A DNA stretch of 19,889 nucleotides from Candidatus Bipolaricaulia bacterium (GTDB lineage Bacteria > Bipolaricaulota > Bipolaricaulia > JBHIAT01), in NCBI GenBank assembly GCA_046758705.1, contig JBHIAT010000056.1:1-19889 (forward strand), given 5' to 3'. Positions 7,740 through 17,148 of this stretch are shown piece after piece. The notes below the pieces were generated by a model. It made no database searches. It was not told where the DNA came from and saw nothing but the letters and a program-made list of their open reading frames with translations. Position numbers and translations under genes: made by a program. Within the stretch, counting starts at the first letter, position 1; each line of letters opens with the position of its first letter.

Positions 7740-8651
7740 CTAGGAGCTCATTTCTTTGATATCAGCTTTTGCCAGCAAGGCATGAATCTTGCTCAATATT
7801 TCACGTGGTGTATAATAACCCTTTACTATGTAGTCATCTGCTCCCAACTCGAGACCCTTTTGAATATCTTCTTTTTCTCCTAATATTGAAAGGATAATAA
7901 CCGGTATTTCTTTTGTTGCTTCATCAGCACGGATTTTTCCCAACAACTTAAATCCATGAAGCTTCGGGAGTATCAAATCCAATAGAATTAAATCTGGTTT
8001 CTTGGTCTTGACCAGTTCCCATCCGCTTTCATTATCTTTAGCTTCTAAAACCTCGTAACCATCACTTACAAAAACATCACGATAAATACGCCGAAATTTT
8101 GCCTGATCCTCAACAATTAAAATAGTGCCTGTGTGGATTGTCTTCGAACCTTTTCTCTTTGATAAAGAGGGCCTCTCCTCTCCCTCCTGCTCGCCAGGGC
8201 TTCTGAGGTGCGTTCGACCGTAAGCGACCTCGATCTTCCGTTTGATCTCGGCGGGGCTGGAGACACGCGGCCGGATCTCCATACCTGTCTGGGTCCGCAG
8301 ATCATCGATGATCCTGATGTCGGTGGGGTCGCCGATCGCCACCACCAGCCGATTGTCGGTCTTTTGGATCGGCATCACGATCTTGCGGCGGGCAAAATCC
8401 TCATCGACCAGCGCCAGCACGTCGCGATCGATCTCCTGGTCGGCCAGCTGGATATATTCATAGCCCGTCTGCTGGTAGAGCGCCTCGCCGAGATCCTCCT
8501 CGGTGATGAACCCTTCCTCGATCAGGATCTCACCGAGCAGTTTCCCAGTCCTATCGACCCTCTGAATCGCCAGTGCCTTGTTTAATTCGGTCTCAGAGAG
8601 CATTCCCATGTCGACCAGGATCTCTCCCAAGCGATCACCGAACCTCGGCAC
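7740..8651 (-). CDS. MshEN/T2SSE_N + REC protein (copy B), C-terminally truncated relative to copy A
   Basis: Same architecture and near-identical N-terminal half; REC motifs intact (VED, LLDL, ILS, IVK); ends EMSS*. Confidence 0.86.
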   Translation of the reverse strand: MPRFGDRLGEILVDMGMLSETELNKALAIQRVDRTGKLLGEILIEEGFITEEDLGEALYQQTGYEYIQLADQEIDRDVLALVDEDFARRKIVMPIQKTDNRLVVAIGDPTDIRIIDDLRTQTGMEIRPRVSSPAEIKRKIEVAYGRTHLRSPGEQEGEERPSLSKRKGSKTIHTGTILIVEDQAKFRRIYRDVFVSDGYEVLEAKDNESGWELVKTKKPDLILLDLILPKLHGFKLLGKIRADEATKEIPVIILSILGEKEDIQKGLELGADDYIVKGYYTPREILSKIHALLAKADIKEMSS

Positions 8652-8655
8652 CGTG

Positions 8656-8680
8656 GGTCACCTCTTTGTGATTATACCCC
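8656..8680 (-). promoter_or_regulatory. -10 box TATAAT plus SD upstream of copy B (identical to copy A)
   Basis: ATTATA at 8671-8676 on the plus strand, inside the identical 42-nt upstream block. Confidence 0.5.
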
Positions 8681-8719
8681 ACTTCACTACGTTTTAGGTG
8701 GCCTTCCACCGCCTGAGGC

Positions 8720-9799
8720 TCAAGTTAAAGGAATTTTAAAAACAAAATGGCTGCCCTTTCCCACAGCAGACGTTACAGAGATATCTCCGTGCTGCAACGA
8801 CATAAACTTTTTTGTGATATACAAGCCAAGACCCGAACCGATCTCTGGCGTTGGACCGCCACTGAAAATTTGATCTCTCTTAAACAGTCTATTTAATAAA
8901 TCGTCGGACATTCCCTCGCCTGTGTCTACCACTTCAACGATACCAAAACCGTTTTCGCTTTTTGTTCTGATCGTAATGGACCCCTCATGAGTGAATTTGA
9001 CTGCGTTATCGATCACATTGCTTAATGCGTCAACCATTTTATCTTTATCAGCAAGAACAATAATTTCATAATCCATTTCCTCAAGATTCAGGGCTAACCC
9101 TTTTTTCTTGATTCTCTCGTGATAATCTCGAACGGCTAGATCTATCACTTCCTTTAATCTGACGGGTCGTATATCGACCGATATCACGCTGCGTTCAATT
9201 CTTGATACATTCAACAGATCAGAAATCAAGCGGTAATTCTTGGAGCTTATCTCCCGCATCTCCTGGAGATATTGCTTTTGTTGGGCCGTTAAATCACCCG
9301 TCAATCCCATAAGCATGTTATCTATATATCCCATGATGAGTGCCACTGGGGTTCTCATTTGATGAGACACCATGGAAACGAAATCGCTTTTCATCTGGTC
9401 AATTTGCTTGCGCTCGATGGCATAGCGCATGGCGCGCACCAGCAAGTGGTTATCCAACTGCCCCTTGACCAGATAGTCTTGCGCACCCTCATGCACGGTC
9501 TTTACGGCGAGCGCCTCATCGTCGAGACCGGTCAACACCACGATCGGCACGCCTGATGCTTGCGTGTGCACCTCGGCGAACGTGTCAATTCCCTGGCTGT
9601 CCGGCAGCGACAGATCCAACAGGACCACGTTGATCCCTCCCTCGGCCAGGTGCTCCAGCCCGATCGAGAGCCGGTCGGCGCACTCCAGATCGAACGAAGC
9701 ACCCTTCACTTCGGCCAGCACCTCCCTGATCAGTCGAGCGTCTCCGGGATTGTCCTCGATCAGCAGGACTTTGATGTGTTCGTTCTCCATTTCATTCAC
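8720..9799 (-). CDS. Cytoplasmic hybrid histidine kinase, REC-HisKA-HATPase (start 9799 GTG or 9790 ATG)
   Basis: REC motifs [27 protein letters not shown]-box VSHQMRTP; N-box [10 protein letters not shown]1 DTGEG; G2 GSGLGL. Confidence 0.92.
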   Translation of the reverse strand: MNEMENEHIKVLLIEDNPGDARLIREVLAEVKGASFDLECADRLSIGLEHLAEGGINVVLLDLSLPDSQGIDTFAEVHTQASGVPIVVLTGLDDEALAVKTVHEGAQDYLVKGQLDNHLLVRAMRYAIERKQIDQMKSDFVSMVSHQMRTPVALIMGYIDNMLMGLTGDLTAQQKQYLQEMREISSKNYRLISDLLNVSRIERSVISVDIRPVRLKEVIDLAVRDYHERIKKKGLALNLEEMDYEIIVLADKDKMVDALSNVIDNAVKFTHEGSITIRTKSENGFGIVEVVDTGEGMSDDLLNRLFKRDQIFSGGPTPEIGSGLGLYITKKFMSLQHGDISVTSAVGKGSHFVFKIPLT

Positions 9800-10241
9800 C
9801 CGGTGGCAGTTTCACGATGGTCAACCAAAAGTCTTCGATGGACCTCACCACCATGATGAACTGCTCGAAGTCAACCGGCTTGGTGATGTAGCAGTTCGCA
9901 TTGAGGCCATAGGCTTTGATGACATCCTCTTCAGCCTGCGAAGTGGTCAGGACGACCACAGGGATTCGCTTCAGCTTTCCATCGACTTTGATCTCCGCTA
10001 GCACCTCACGCCCGTCTTTCTTCGGCAGGTTCAAATCGAGCAGGATGAGGTCTGGGCGAGGCGCATCGGCATACTTGCCCTCTCGACGCAGGAACGCCAT
10101 GGCTTCCACCCCATCCTTGACCACATTCAGGTTGTTGCGCATCTTGCTATCATTGAAGCCTTCTATCGTCAGGCGTACGTCACCGGGGTTGTCCTCCACC
10201 AGCAAAATCTCAACAGATCTACCGATCTTTCCAATATTCAT
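9792..10241 (-). CDS. Single-domain response regulator, Rcp1 (phytochrome-associated) type
   Basis: [42 protein letters not shown] and the C-terminal FWLTIVKLP typical of Rcp1-type receivers; ATGA overlap with the upstream kinase. Confidence 0.93.
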   Translation of the reverse strand: MNIGKIGRSVEILLVEDNPGDVRLTIEGFNDSKMRNNLNVVKDGVEAMAFLRREGKYADAPRPDLILLDLNLPKKDGREVLAEIKVDGKLKRIPVVVLTTSQAEEDVIKAYGLNANCYITKPVDFEQFIMVVRSIEDFWLTIVKLPPGE

Positions 10242-12112
10242 GGTCGTTCACCTCCTCTGTCCGAGATCGTGAAGTGGAATGTCGAGCCCTGACCCGATTC
10301 TGACTCCACCCAGATACGTCCACCGTGGCGTTCGACAATCTTCTTGCAGATCGCCAGGCCGATGCCGGTGCCCGGATACTCCCCCTTGCCGTGCAGACGT
10401 TGGAAGATAACGAAGATGCGTTCGGCATACTTCGGATCAATGCCAATGCCGTTATCACGGATGGAGAACAGCCACTCGCCATTTTTGTGCTCCGCCCCGA
10501 CATGGATTTCTGGCGGCTTATCGCTCTGAAACTTGATGGCGTTACCGATCAAGTTCTGAAACAACTGACCCAGTTGCAGGTTGTCGGTCATCACCGTCGG
10601 CAGGGGATCGTGAATCACCCGCGTACCACTCTCCTCAATCACCATTTGTAGATTGGCGAGTGCCTGGTCCAGTACCGTCTCACAGTCGGTCGGCTCGAAA
10701 TCCTTACCCTGCGTGCCCACCCGGGAATAGGCCAACAAGTCATTGATCAGCCTCTGCATCCTGTTTGAGCCATCCACGGCATAGGCGATGAACTCGTCGG
10801 CATCGGAATCGAGTTGGCCTTCGTAGCGCTTTGCCAACAGCTGCGTATAGCTCGCCACCATACGCAGCGGCTCTTGCAGGTCGTGCGAGGCGACATAGGC
10901 AAACTGTTCCAGGTCGGCATTGGAACGCGCCAACTCCACGTTCGCCCGCTGCAGCTGTTCGGCACGCCGGCGCAACTGGGCCTCTTTCTCGGACAGGGCG
11001 GCCGCCATGGTGTTGAATTCGCGTGCCAGCAAGCCCAGTTCGTCGCCGGAGGTTTCGGGCAGACGCAGCTCCAGTTGACCCCGGCCGAAGCGCATCGCCC
11101 CGGCCTGCAGGGCCAACACCGGGCGGGTGATGGTTCTCGCCAGTCCAAGAGCCACGGCCGACGCAGTCAGCAGCGACAGACTGCCGGTCAACAGTATCGT
11201 ATTGCCGAAGGCGCGGGAGGGCTCGACCGCCTCGGCTTGGTCAATCTTGACGACGAGGCAGATTTGACGTTCGGCCAGCCAGCGGTAAACGGCAATCACG
11301 GGGACCCCACGATAGTCGTCGGCGAAGACCACCCCACTGTTACCCACCAGACAGCGGTCAACCGTCTCGGTGCGAATGGCGCGCCGGAGCACCGCAGGAT
11401 CGGAGATGAAGCGTGGCTGGGTGATGAGCAGGTTCAAAATGTTCACCAAGAAAGCGTCGTCGGTCTGGTGCAGGTCGGTGCGCCGATTGATCATGGTGTT
11501 CATCACGTCCAGGTTCAGACGCCCGGTGAGGACACCCAGCAATCTCCCATTAGCCGACCTGATCGGCGCAGAGACGGTCATCGCCGGGGCCCGGAGCGTG
11601 CGGGAATAATAGGGGTTCAGGACGTACGGGCCGTTCCGACCGTTGATAAAGTAGGGGCGCTTATCTTTGAATCTGCCCTCTTCACTCGCATCGGTGGCGA
11701 CAATGACCTTTCCGACTTCAGGCTCGATCACCAGCAACGCCATAAATCCACGCTCCTCGCCGACCCAGGGCTGTAGTTCTTCCACCACACGGTCATGGGC
11801 GGCCTGGATTGCAGCCGGGAACAACAATATGGAGTTTGACCCGACAGTTAGGGTGATCAGCTCCTTGTGAAAACGGAGTGAGGCCGCCAGGCTGACAATG
11901 TCCGACAACCGCGCCTCGACCCAGCTATTCAACGCGGCCTGCTTTTCAATGGCCACCGAAAGCAAATCCGAGACGGTGGCCACCTGGAGCGCGGCACGAC
12001 CGCTGTTATAGGAAAGCACGCTCACGCCCGCCAGGAGCCCGGCGGCGAACAGGACAAAGACCAGCGTTACCTTGGGAGTTATGTTCAGTCGCAGCTTTAT
12101 CGCCGATTTCAC
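10238..12112 (-). CDS. Membrane sensor histidine kinase: TM-dCache-TM-HAMP-HisKA-HATPase with Cph1/BphP-type transmitter (exact start uncertain)
   Basis: Two hydrophobic segments; Cache motifs RPYF..G...PYYS, VSAPI, DYRG; HAMP ITRP...[62 protein letters not shown]. Confidence 0.93.
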   Translation of the reverse strand: MKSAIKLRLNITPKVTLVFVLFAAGLLAGVSVLSYNSGRAALQVATVSDLLSVAIEKQAALNSWVEARLSDIVSLAASLRFHKELITLTVGSNSILLFPAAIQAAHDRVVEELQPWVGEERGFMALLVIEPEVGKVIVATDASEEGRFKDKRPYFINGRNGPYVLNPYYSRTLRAPAMTVSAPIRSANGRLLGVLTGRLNLDVMNTMINRRTDLHQTDDAFLVNILNLLITQPRFISDPAVLRRAIRTETVDRCLVGNSGVVFADDYRGVPVIAVYRWLAERQICLVVKIDQAEAVEPSRAFGNTILLTGSLSLLTASAVALGLARTITRPVLALQAGAMRFGRGQLELRLPETSGDELGLLAREFNTMAAALSEKEAQLRRRAEQLQRANVELARSNADLEQFAYVASHDLQEPLRMVASYTQLLAKRYEGQLDSDADEFIAYAVDGSNRMQRLINDLLAYSRVGTQGKDFEPTDCETVLDQALANLQMVIEESGTRVIHDPLPTVMTDNLQLGQLFQNLIGNAIKFQSDKPPEIHVGAEHKNGEWLFSIRDNGIGIDPKYAERIFVIFQRLHGKGEYPGTGIGLAICKKIVERHGGRIWVESESGQGSTFHFTISDRGGERP

Positions 12113-12259
12113 TCCTTTACGTTTTACTCTAAGGGTCGCCCCTAAATCTGTTGACGGTCACGGCCATCTGGTATCTATTATGCCCCATGTACAAATTTTT
12201 GGGTACGATGTTACCATCCTCGCTCATTTTTGGGAGGGCTCCTGAGCGGTGCTGTTGGA

Positions 12260-12288
12260 TTGAAATCGTTGCTGATCTTCGCTATAAT
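12260..12288 (+). promoter_or_regulatory. Putative sigma70 promoter: TTGAAA-N17-TATAAT
   Basis: Near-consensus with 17-nt spacer; the -10 ends 24 nt upstream of ATG 12313. Confidence 0.75.
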
Positions 12289-12312
12289 AGCGGCAAAGGG
12301 CAATAGAACGGC

Positions 12313-13095
12313 ATGAAGATTATCAGTTTCTCGGATTATCACGGGGCTTATGAAGGTTTAGAGGATTTTGAAAGAGTTATCCGGGAAGAATCCCCCGACC
12401 TTCTCCTATTCATCGGAGATATTCTCAAATTCGGCCCTCGAGCTCTGGAATTTGCATCCGCCCGGGAAGAGAAACGGGTCCCAGATCGGGATCGGGCCGA
12501 GGTCGTCGCCGATGTCGCGACGGCGGCCGAGGAATACCGGCGGTTCTTCGAGTTTCTAGGTGGACTGGACCGGTTTGTCGCCGTCATCCCCGGTAACCTC
12601 GATGCACCGAGGCGACAGTTCATGCGGGCCGCAACGGAGTTCGAGGGGGAATACAACAACCTTCGTGTCCTCCACCGCCTCTGGGCACAGGTTGGGGACG
12701 TTGCGATCGCCGGGTTCGGAGGGGAGATCAGCGAGAATGTCAATGAAGATTACTTCATGGACATCTACCCCCGGGAAGCGGTCCTATATTGTTTCAAAGA
12801 GATGGGCTACGTCGATGCGCCCCACAAGTTGTTCATGATTCACACCCCGCCTGTTGCCCGGTTCGGAGCGGTCGAGACCCACAAGCTCGGCTCCAGGATC
12901 GTCAACCAGGTGATCGAGCGCTACGGTCCGGAGTTGGTGCTGGTGGCCCACGATCACAAAGCGAAGGGGCAGACAAACGTCGGGGAGGCCGTGGTCGTGA
13001 ACGCCGGACCGTTTAACGAAGGGAATTACGCGGTGATCGAACGGCTGCGCCCGGAGACCACGGTCAGTTTTAGAAACTTGAAACGGGATAGGTAA
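12313..13095 (+). CDS. Calcineurin-like metallophosphoesterase
   Basis: Five family motifs: SDYHG, GDIL, PGNLD, IHTPP, AHDH. Confidence 0.85.
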   Translation: MKIISFSDYHGAYEGLEDFERVIREESPDLLLFIGDILKFGPRALEFASAREEKRVPDRDRAEVVADVATAAEEYRRFFEFLGGLDRFVAVIPGNLDAPRRQFMRAATEFEGEYNNLRVLHRLWAQVGDVAIAGFGGEISENVNEDYFMDIYPREAVLYCFKEMGYVDAPHKLFMIHTPPVARFGAVETHKLGSRIVNQVIERYGPELVLVAHDHKAKGQTNVGEAVVVNAGPFNEGNYAVIERLRPETTVSFRNLKRDR

Positions 13096-13110
13096 ACGAA
13101 AAGAAGATAG

Positions 13111-14478
13111 ATGAGCATATTGCTGGACGACTTCACCGCCATCACGCTCGCCGATGGGCGAGATCCTGTGGAACACATCTCGATCGCCATCGAGGGAGGA
13201 GAGATCCAGGCCATCGGATCCCCTGATACATTCGACCGTGGGGTGTTTGGCCGTGTTCTCGACGGGGAGGACAAGCTGGTCATGCCTGGTTTCGTCAACG
13301 CCCACACCCATCTGCCGATGGTGCTTTTGCGGGGCTACGCCGATGATCTACCGCTCAAGCCGTGGTTGGAGGAGAAGATCTGGCCGGTTGAGGCGGAGCT
13401 GAGGGCCGCGGGTACGGAGACGATCTACTGGGGGGCGTTGCTCGGGATCGCGGAGATGATCCGCTCGGGGACGACCGCGTGCGCCGATATGTACTATCAC
13501 ATGGACCAGGTCGCTCGAGCTGTCAAGGAAAGCGGGGTACGGGCGTTGCTCTCCTGGGGGATCATCGCTCCGGAGATTGACGAGCAGGTCGAGCGACAAC
13601 TGGAAACGGCGGCCGACTTTGTGAACGAGTGGGACGGAGCGGCCGGTGGGCGGATCGCAACCGCTCTCAGTCCCCATGCCCCTTATACTTGTGATGCCGA
13701 GGTATGGAGGCGAGCGGTCGAGCTGGCCGAGGCGGACGGAGTGCGTATCCACACCCATCTGGCGGAGACGGCCGGTGAGGTGGAAGATGCCTATCGAAAC
13801 TGGGGGGTGAGTCCGGTCCGCTATCTGGAGGATCTCGGTGTGTTCACCACGTCGGTCTTAGCTGCCCACTGTGTTCACGTCAGCGACGAGGATATCGAGC
13901 GGCTGGTGGCTCATGGCGTCCACGTCGTTCACAATCCCGGCAGCAATCTGAAGCTCGCTTCCGGGATCGCTCCGGTGGAACGGATGCTGGAGGCGGGAAT
14001 CCCCGTGGCGCTCGGGACCGATGGGGCGGCCTCGAACAACAACCTGGATATGCTCGAAGAGATCCGGCTCGCCTCATTGTTGCAAAAGGTCGAGCATCAA
14101 GATCCCACCGCCGTCTCCGCCCTGGAGGCGTTGAGAATGGGAACGGTGCACGGCGCGATGGCGCTGGGCTTTGATGGGATCGGTGTGCTGGAGGCGGGCG
14201 GGCCGGCCGACCTGATCATCGTCGACCTGGATCAGGTCCATATGGTCCCCAACTATAACCTGATCTCGAATCTCGTCTATGCGGGCCAAAGCGGCGATGT
14301 CGAGACGGTCATCGTCAACGGCCAGATCGTGATGGAGGCAAGGAAGATTTTGACATTTGATGAGGCACAGGTGAAGCGTCGAGTGAGACAACTGAGCAAA
14401 CGGTATCGAGATCGCTCAGCAGGAGGAGGGAACGAATTCAAAGATGTTAGCCAAAGAGCGCAAAGCGGAATTGATTGA
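13111..14478 (+). CDS. mtaD: Amidohydrolase, 5'-methylthioadenosine/S-adenosylhomocysteine deaminase (MtaD/DadD)-like
   Basis: [65 protein letters not shown]. Substrate is inferred from the subfamily. Confidence 0.8.
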   Translation: MSILLDDFTAITLADGRDPVEHISIAIEGGEIQAIGSPDTFDRGVFGRVLDGEDKLVMPGFVNAHTHLPMVLLRGYADDLPLKPWLEEKIWPVEAELRAAGTETIYWGALLGIAEMIRSGTTACADMYYHMDQVARAVKESGVRALLSWGIIAPEIDEQVERQLETAADFVNEWDGAAGGRIATALSPHAPYTCDAEVWRRAVELAEADGVRIHTHLAETAGEVEDAYRNWGVSPVRYLEDLGVFTTSVLAAHCVHVSDEDIERLVAHGVHVVHNPGSNLKLASGIAPVERMLEAGIPVALGTDGAASNNNLDMLEEIRLASLLQKVEHQDPTAVSALEALRMGTVHGAMALGFDGIGVLEAGGPADLIIVDLDQVHMVPNYNLISNLVYAGQSGDVETVIVNGQIVMEARKILTFDEAQVKRRVRQLSKRYRDRSAGGGNEFKDVSQRAQSGID

Positions 14479-14713
14479 ACACTACGGCGGTCATGAGACG
14501 GACACCGGATCGGCGGAGGTCCAGATCGCTATCTTGACAGAACGGATCAACGAGGTGACCGAGCATCTAAAGATCCATAAGAAGGACTTTCATTCTCAAA
14601 GAGGGCTGCAGAAGATGGTGGGGAGGCGAAGACGGTTGCTAAAGTACTTAAAACGGCAAAATATCGATCGTTATCGCGAACTGATCGATGAGCTTGGCAT
14701 CAGAGGGGTATAG
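14444..14713 (+). CDS. rpsO: 30S ribosomal protein S15
   Basis: [37 protein letters not shown]; strong AGGAGG SD; directly upstream of pnp. Confidence 0.98.
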   Translation: MLAKERKAELIEHYGGHETDTGSAEVQIAILTERINEVTEHLKIHKKDFHSQRGLQKMVGRRRRLLKYLKRQNIDRYRELIDELGIRGV

Positions 14714-14725
14714 AGGGGTATTGAA

Positions 14726-17134
14726 ATGTACGAGAAAGTCGAGGCTGAGATTAGCGGGAAGCGGTTTTCGCTGGAGTCGGGCAACATGGCCCGCCAGGCG
14801 GACGGCACGGTTTTGGTGTCCTTCGGGGACTCTAAGGTCCTGGTGACTGTGGTAGCGGAGGAGACGGAGCAGCGGAAGTTTTTGCCGCTTCGAGTCGATT
14901 ACGAGGAGAAGTTCTACGCGGGCGGCAAGATCCCTGGCGGGTTCATCAAGCGGGAGGGACGGCCCTCGGACGCGGCGATCCTGAGCGCTCGGATGACCGA
15001 CCGTCCGATCCGACCGCTGTTCCCGGATGGCTACTATGAGGAGATCCACATCGTGGTCACCGTGTTGTCGGCGGACCGGGACCACCCACCGGAGGTTGCC
15101 GGGATGCTCGGTGCCTCGGCGGCGTTGATGATGTCACCGGTTCCGTTCCAGGGGCCGATCGCCGGCGTCAAGATCGGTCGAGTCAACGGAGAGATCATCG
15201 TCAATCCCACGGCGGACCAGCTCGAGGAAGGCGACATGGACATCACCATCGCCGGCACCTTCGACGCGGTCACGATGGTAGAGGGTGTGATGAACGAGAT
15301 CCCTGAGGCGGTGATCTCTCAGGCGATCCAACAGGCCCACGAGGTGATCAAACAACTGGTTACGTTCCAACGGGAGCTGATCGCCCGGGTTCCAGTTGAG
15401 AAACGCGAGGTCGAGCCCGTTGAGCTCGATCCGGCGCTCATCGATCAGGTCCGCGAACGGGTATGGGATCGGTTCGAGGAACTCAAAGATGCCCCGACCA
15501 AGCTGGATCGGGATCGCCAGGCGAAGTTGCTCAAGCAGGAGACGGTTGAGGGGGTGTTGGCATCACAACCCGAAGGGCCGTCGGCAGAGGAGCTCGAAGC
15601 GCTCGAGCGTTCGGTTGGGATGATCTTCGAGGATCTTTACAAGACGTTCATGCGCCGTTCGATCCTGGACCAGGAGGAGCGGATGGACCGACGGCCTGCC
15701 GACCAGCTCCGGCCGATCACGGTCGAGGTCGGCCTTCTGCCCCGAGCACACGGCTCTGCCCTGTTCACCCGGGGGGAGACCCAAAGCCTAGGGATCGTCA
15801 CCCTGGGGACGACGCGCCAGGATGAGCAGATCATCGATCAGATGATCCGTGAGGGCAGGAAGCGGTTCATGCTTCACTACAACTTCCCACCGTTCTCCTC
15901 CGGGGAGGCCGGGTTCATGCGCGGCCCGGGTCGACGGGAGATCGGACATGGGCACCTCGCCGAGAATGCGGTCCGCGGTGTGCTGCCTCCCGAAGAGGAG
16001 TTTCCCTACATCATCCGGATCGTCTCCGAGATCCTGGAGTCGAACGGCTCTACATCGATGGCGTCGGTGTGCAGCGCCAGCCTGGCGTTGATGGACGCCG
16101 GCGTTCCTATCAGGAGGGCAGTGGCCGGGACCTCGATGGGCTTGATCGAGGATAAAGAGACGGGTCGGTCGGTGATCCTCACCGATATCACGGGGTTAGA
16201 GGATCGATTTGGCGACATGGATTTCAAACTGGCCGGGACGCGTGACGGGGTGACCGCGCTTCAGCTGGATGTAAAGACGAGCGGAATCTCCTATGAAATC
16301 ATGGAGACAGCGGTGCACCGCGCCCGGGAAGCACGCCTTCAGATCCTCGACGTCATGGACTCGGTCATCTGGGAGCCTCGGGCCGAGTTGTCCCCCTATG
16401 CACCGGTGCTGGAGATTATGAGGATCGATCCGGAGAAGATCGGGGCGGTCATCGGCACCGGAGGCCGGATCGTCCGCAGCATCATCGAGACGACCGGAGT
16501 CGAAATCGACATCGAGGACGACGGCCAAGTCAAGATCTCTGGAGATAGCCGGGAGGCGGTCGAGGCGGCGAAGCAGTGGATTGAAGAGCTCACCAAGGAG
16601 ATCGAGATCGGCGAGATCTTCGAAGGAAAGGTCGAAAAGACGACCGACTTCGGCGCGTTCGTCGAGCTGAAGCAGGGCGTGAACGGGATGATCCATATCT
16701 CGAATCTTGACGAAGGTTACGTGGATCGGGTGGAGGACATCGTCAAGCGTGGCGATCAGGTGCGGGTCCAGGTGATCGGGATCGACCAGATGGGCCGGAT
16801 CGACCTGCGTCGCATCACCGATACGGATGCAGATGTGAATGTGGATACGCAGACATCCGTCAGAGAAGCGAACACCAAAGCGACCGCTCACCCCCAGATC
16901 GAGGTCGGTGGTATATTCACCGGGACGGTGACGAAGACGACCCACTACGGGGCGTTTGTCAAACTGGAGAACGATATCACCGGCCTGATTCACATCTCAG
17001 AACTCGCCGAGGGCTACGTGAACCGGGTGGAGGACATCGTCAAGTCCGGCGATCAGGTGCGAGTCAAGCTGCTCGAGATCGATCGCCAAGGCCGCTATAA
17101 CTTCCGCAGGGTCGAGTCCGAGTCCCAGCCCTGA
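14726..17134 (+). CDS. pnp: Polyribonucleotide nucleotidyltransferase (PNPase) with KH and two S1 domains
   Basis: GKIPGGFIKREGRP, DRPIRPLFP, HGSALFTRGETQ, HYNFPPFS, RREIGHG, ESNGSTSMAS, GDMDFK; KH motif IG.VIGTGG; two S1 repeats. Confidence 0.98.
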   Translation: MYEKVEAEISGKRFSLESGNMARQADGTVLVSFGDSKVLVTVVAEETEQRKFLPLRVDYEEKFYAGGKIPGGFIKREGRPSDAAILSARMTDRPIRPLFPDGYYEEIHIVVTVLSADRDHPPEVAGMLGASAALMMSPVPFQGPIAGVKIGRVNGEIIVNPTADQLEEGDMDITIAGTFDAVTMVEGVMNEIPEAVISQAIQQAHEVIKQLVTFQRELIARVPVEKREVEPVELDPALIDQVRERVWDRFEELKDAPTKLDRDRQAKLLKQETVEGVLASQPEGPSAEELEALERSVGMIFEDLYKTFMRRSILDQEERMDRRPADQLRPITVEVGLLPRAHGSALFTRGETQSLGIVTLGTTRQDEQIIDQMIREGRKRFMLHYNFPPFSSGEAGFMRGPGRREIGHGHLAENAVRGVLPPEEEFPYIIRIVSEILESNGSTSMASVCSASLALMDAGVPIRRAVAGTSMGLIEDKETGRSVILTDITGLEDRFGDMDFKLAGTRDGVTALQLDVKTSGISYEIMETAVHRAREARLQILDVMDSVIWEPRAELSPYAPVLEIMRIDPEKIGAVIGTGGRIVRSIIETTGVEIDIEDDGQVKISGDSREAVEAAKQWIEELTKEIEIGEIFEGKVEKTTDFGAFVELKQGVNGMIHISNLDEGYVDRVEDIVKRGDQVRVQVIGIDQMGRIDLRRITDTDADVNVDTQTSVREANTKATAHPQIEVGGIFTGTVTKTTHYGAFVKLENDITGLIHISELAEGYVNRVEDIVKSGDQVRVKLLEIDRQGRYNFRRVESESQP

Positions 17135-17148
17135 GGAACAGAAACTCG

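Larger units (their letters stand above)
6419..8693. repeat. Tandem duplication: unit A about 6419-7627, unit B about 7628-8693
   Basis: Paralogous CDSs; identical 42-nt upstream segments (7586-7627 = 8652-8693); similar 3' flanks (gaac(c)ggga...gccgaaa...ttagaaag at about 6419-6465 and 7630-7670). Confidence 0.9.

Noticed and set aside
6458-8651. Calling the MshEN genes pilB/gspE or their pseudogenes
   Set aside because: No Walker A/B or ATPase remnant; the frames continue intact into REC domains.
8690-8719. GGTGG/CCACC hairpin as an intrinsic terminator
   Set aside because: Only a 5-bp core stem and no U-tract on the transcribed (minus) strand.
10238-12112. Bacteriophytochrome call for the kinase
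   Set aside because: Only the transmitter is phytochrome-like; there is no PAS-GAF-PHY module, and the input is TM-dCache-HAMP.
6400-12250. Mobile element or prophage status for the signalling block
   Set aside because: No integrase, transposase, tRNA site or terminal repeats seen; only composition suggests foreign parts.
14350-14378. TTGACA inside mtaD as the rpsO promoter
   Set aside because: No -10 hexamer at 16-18 nt spacing.
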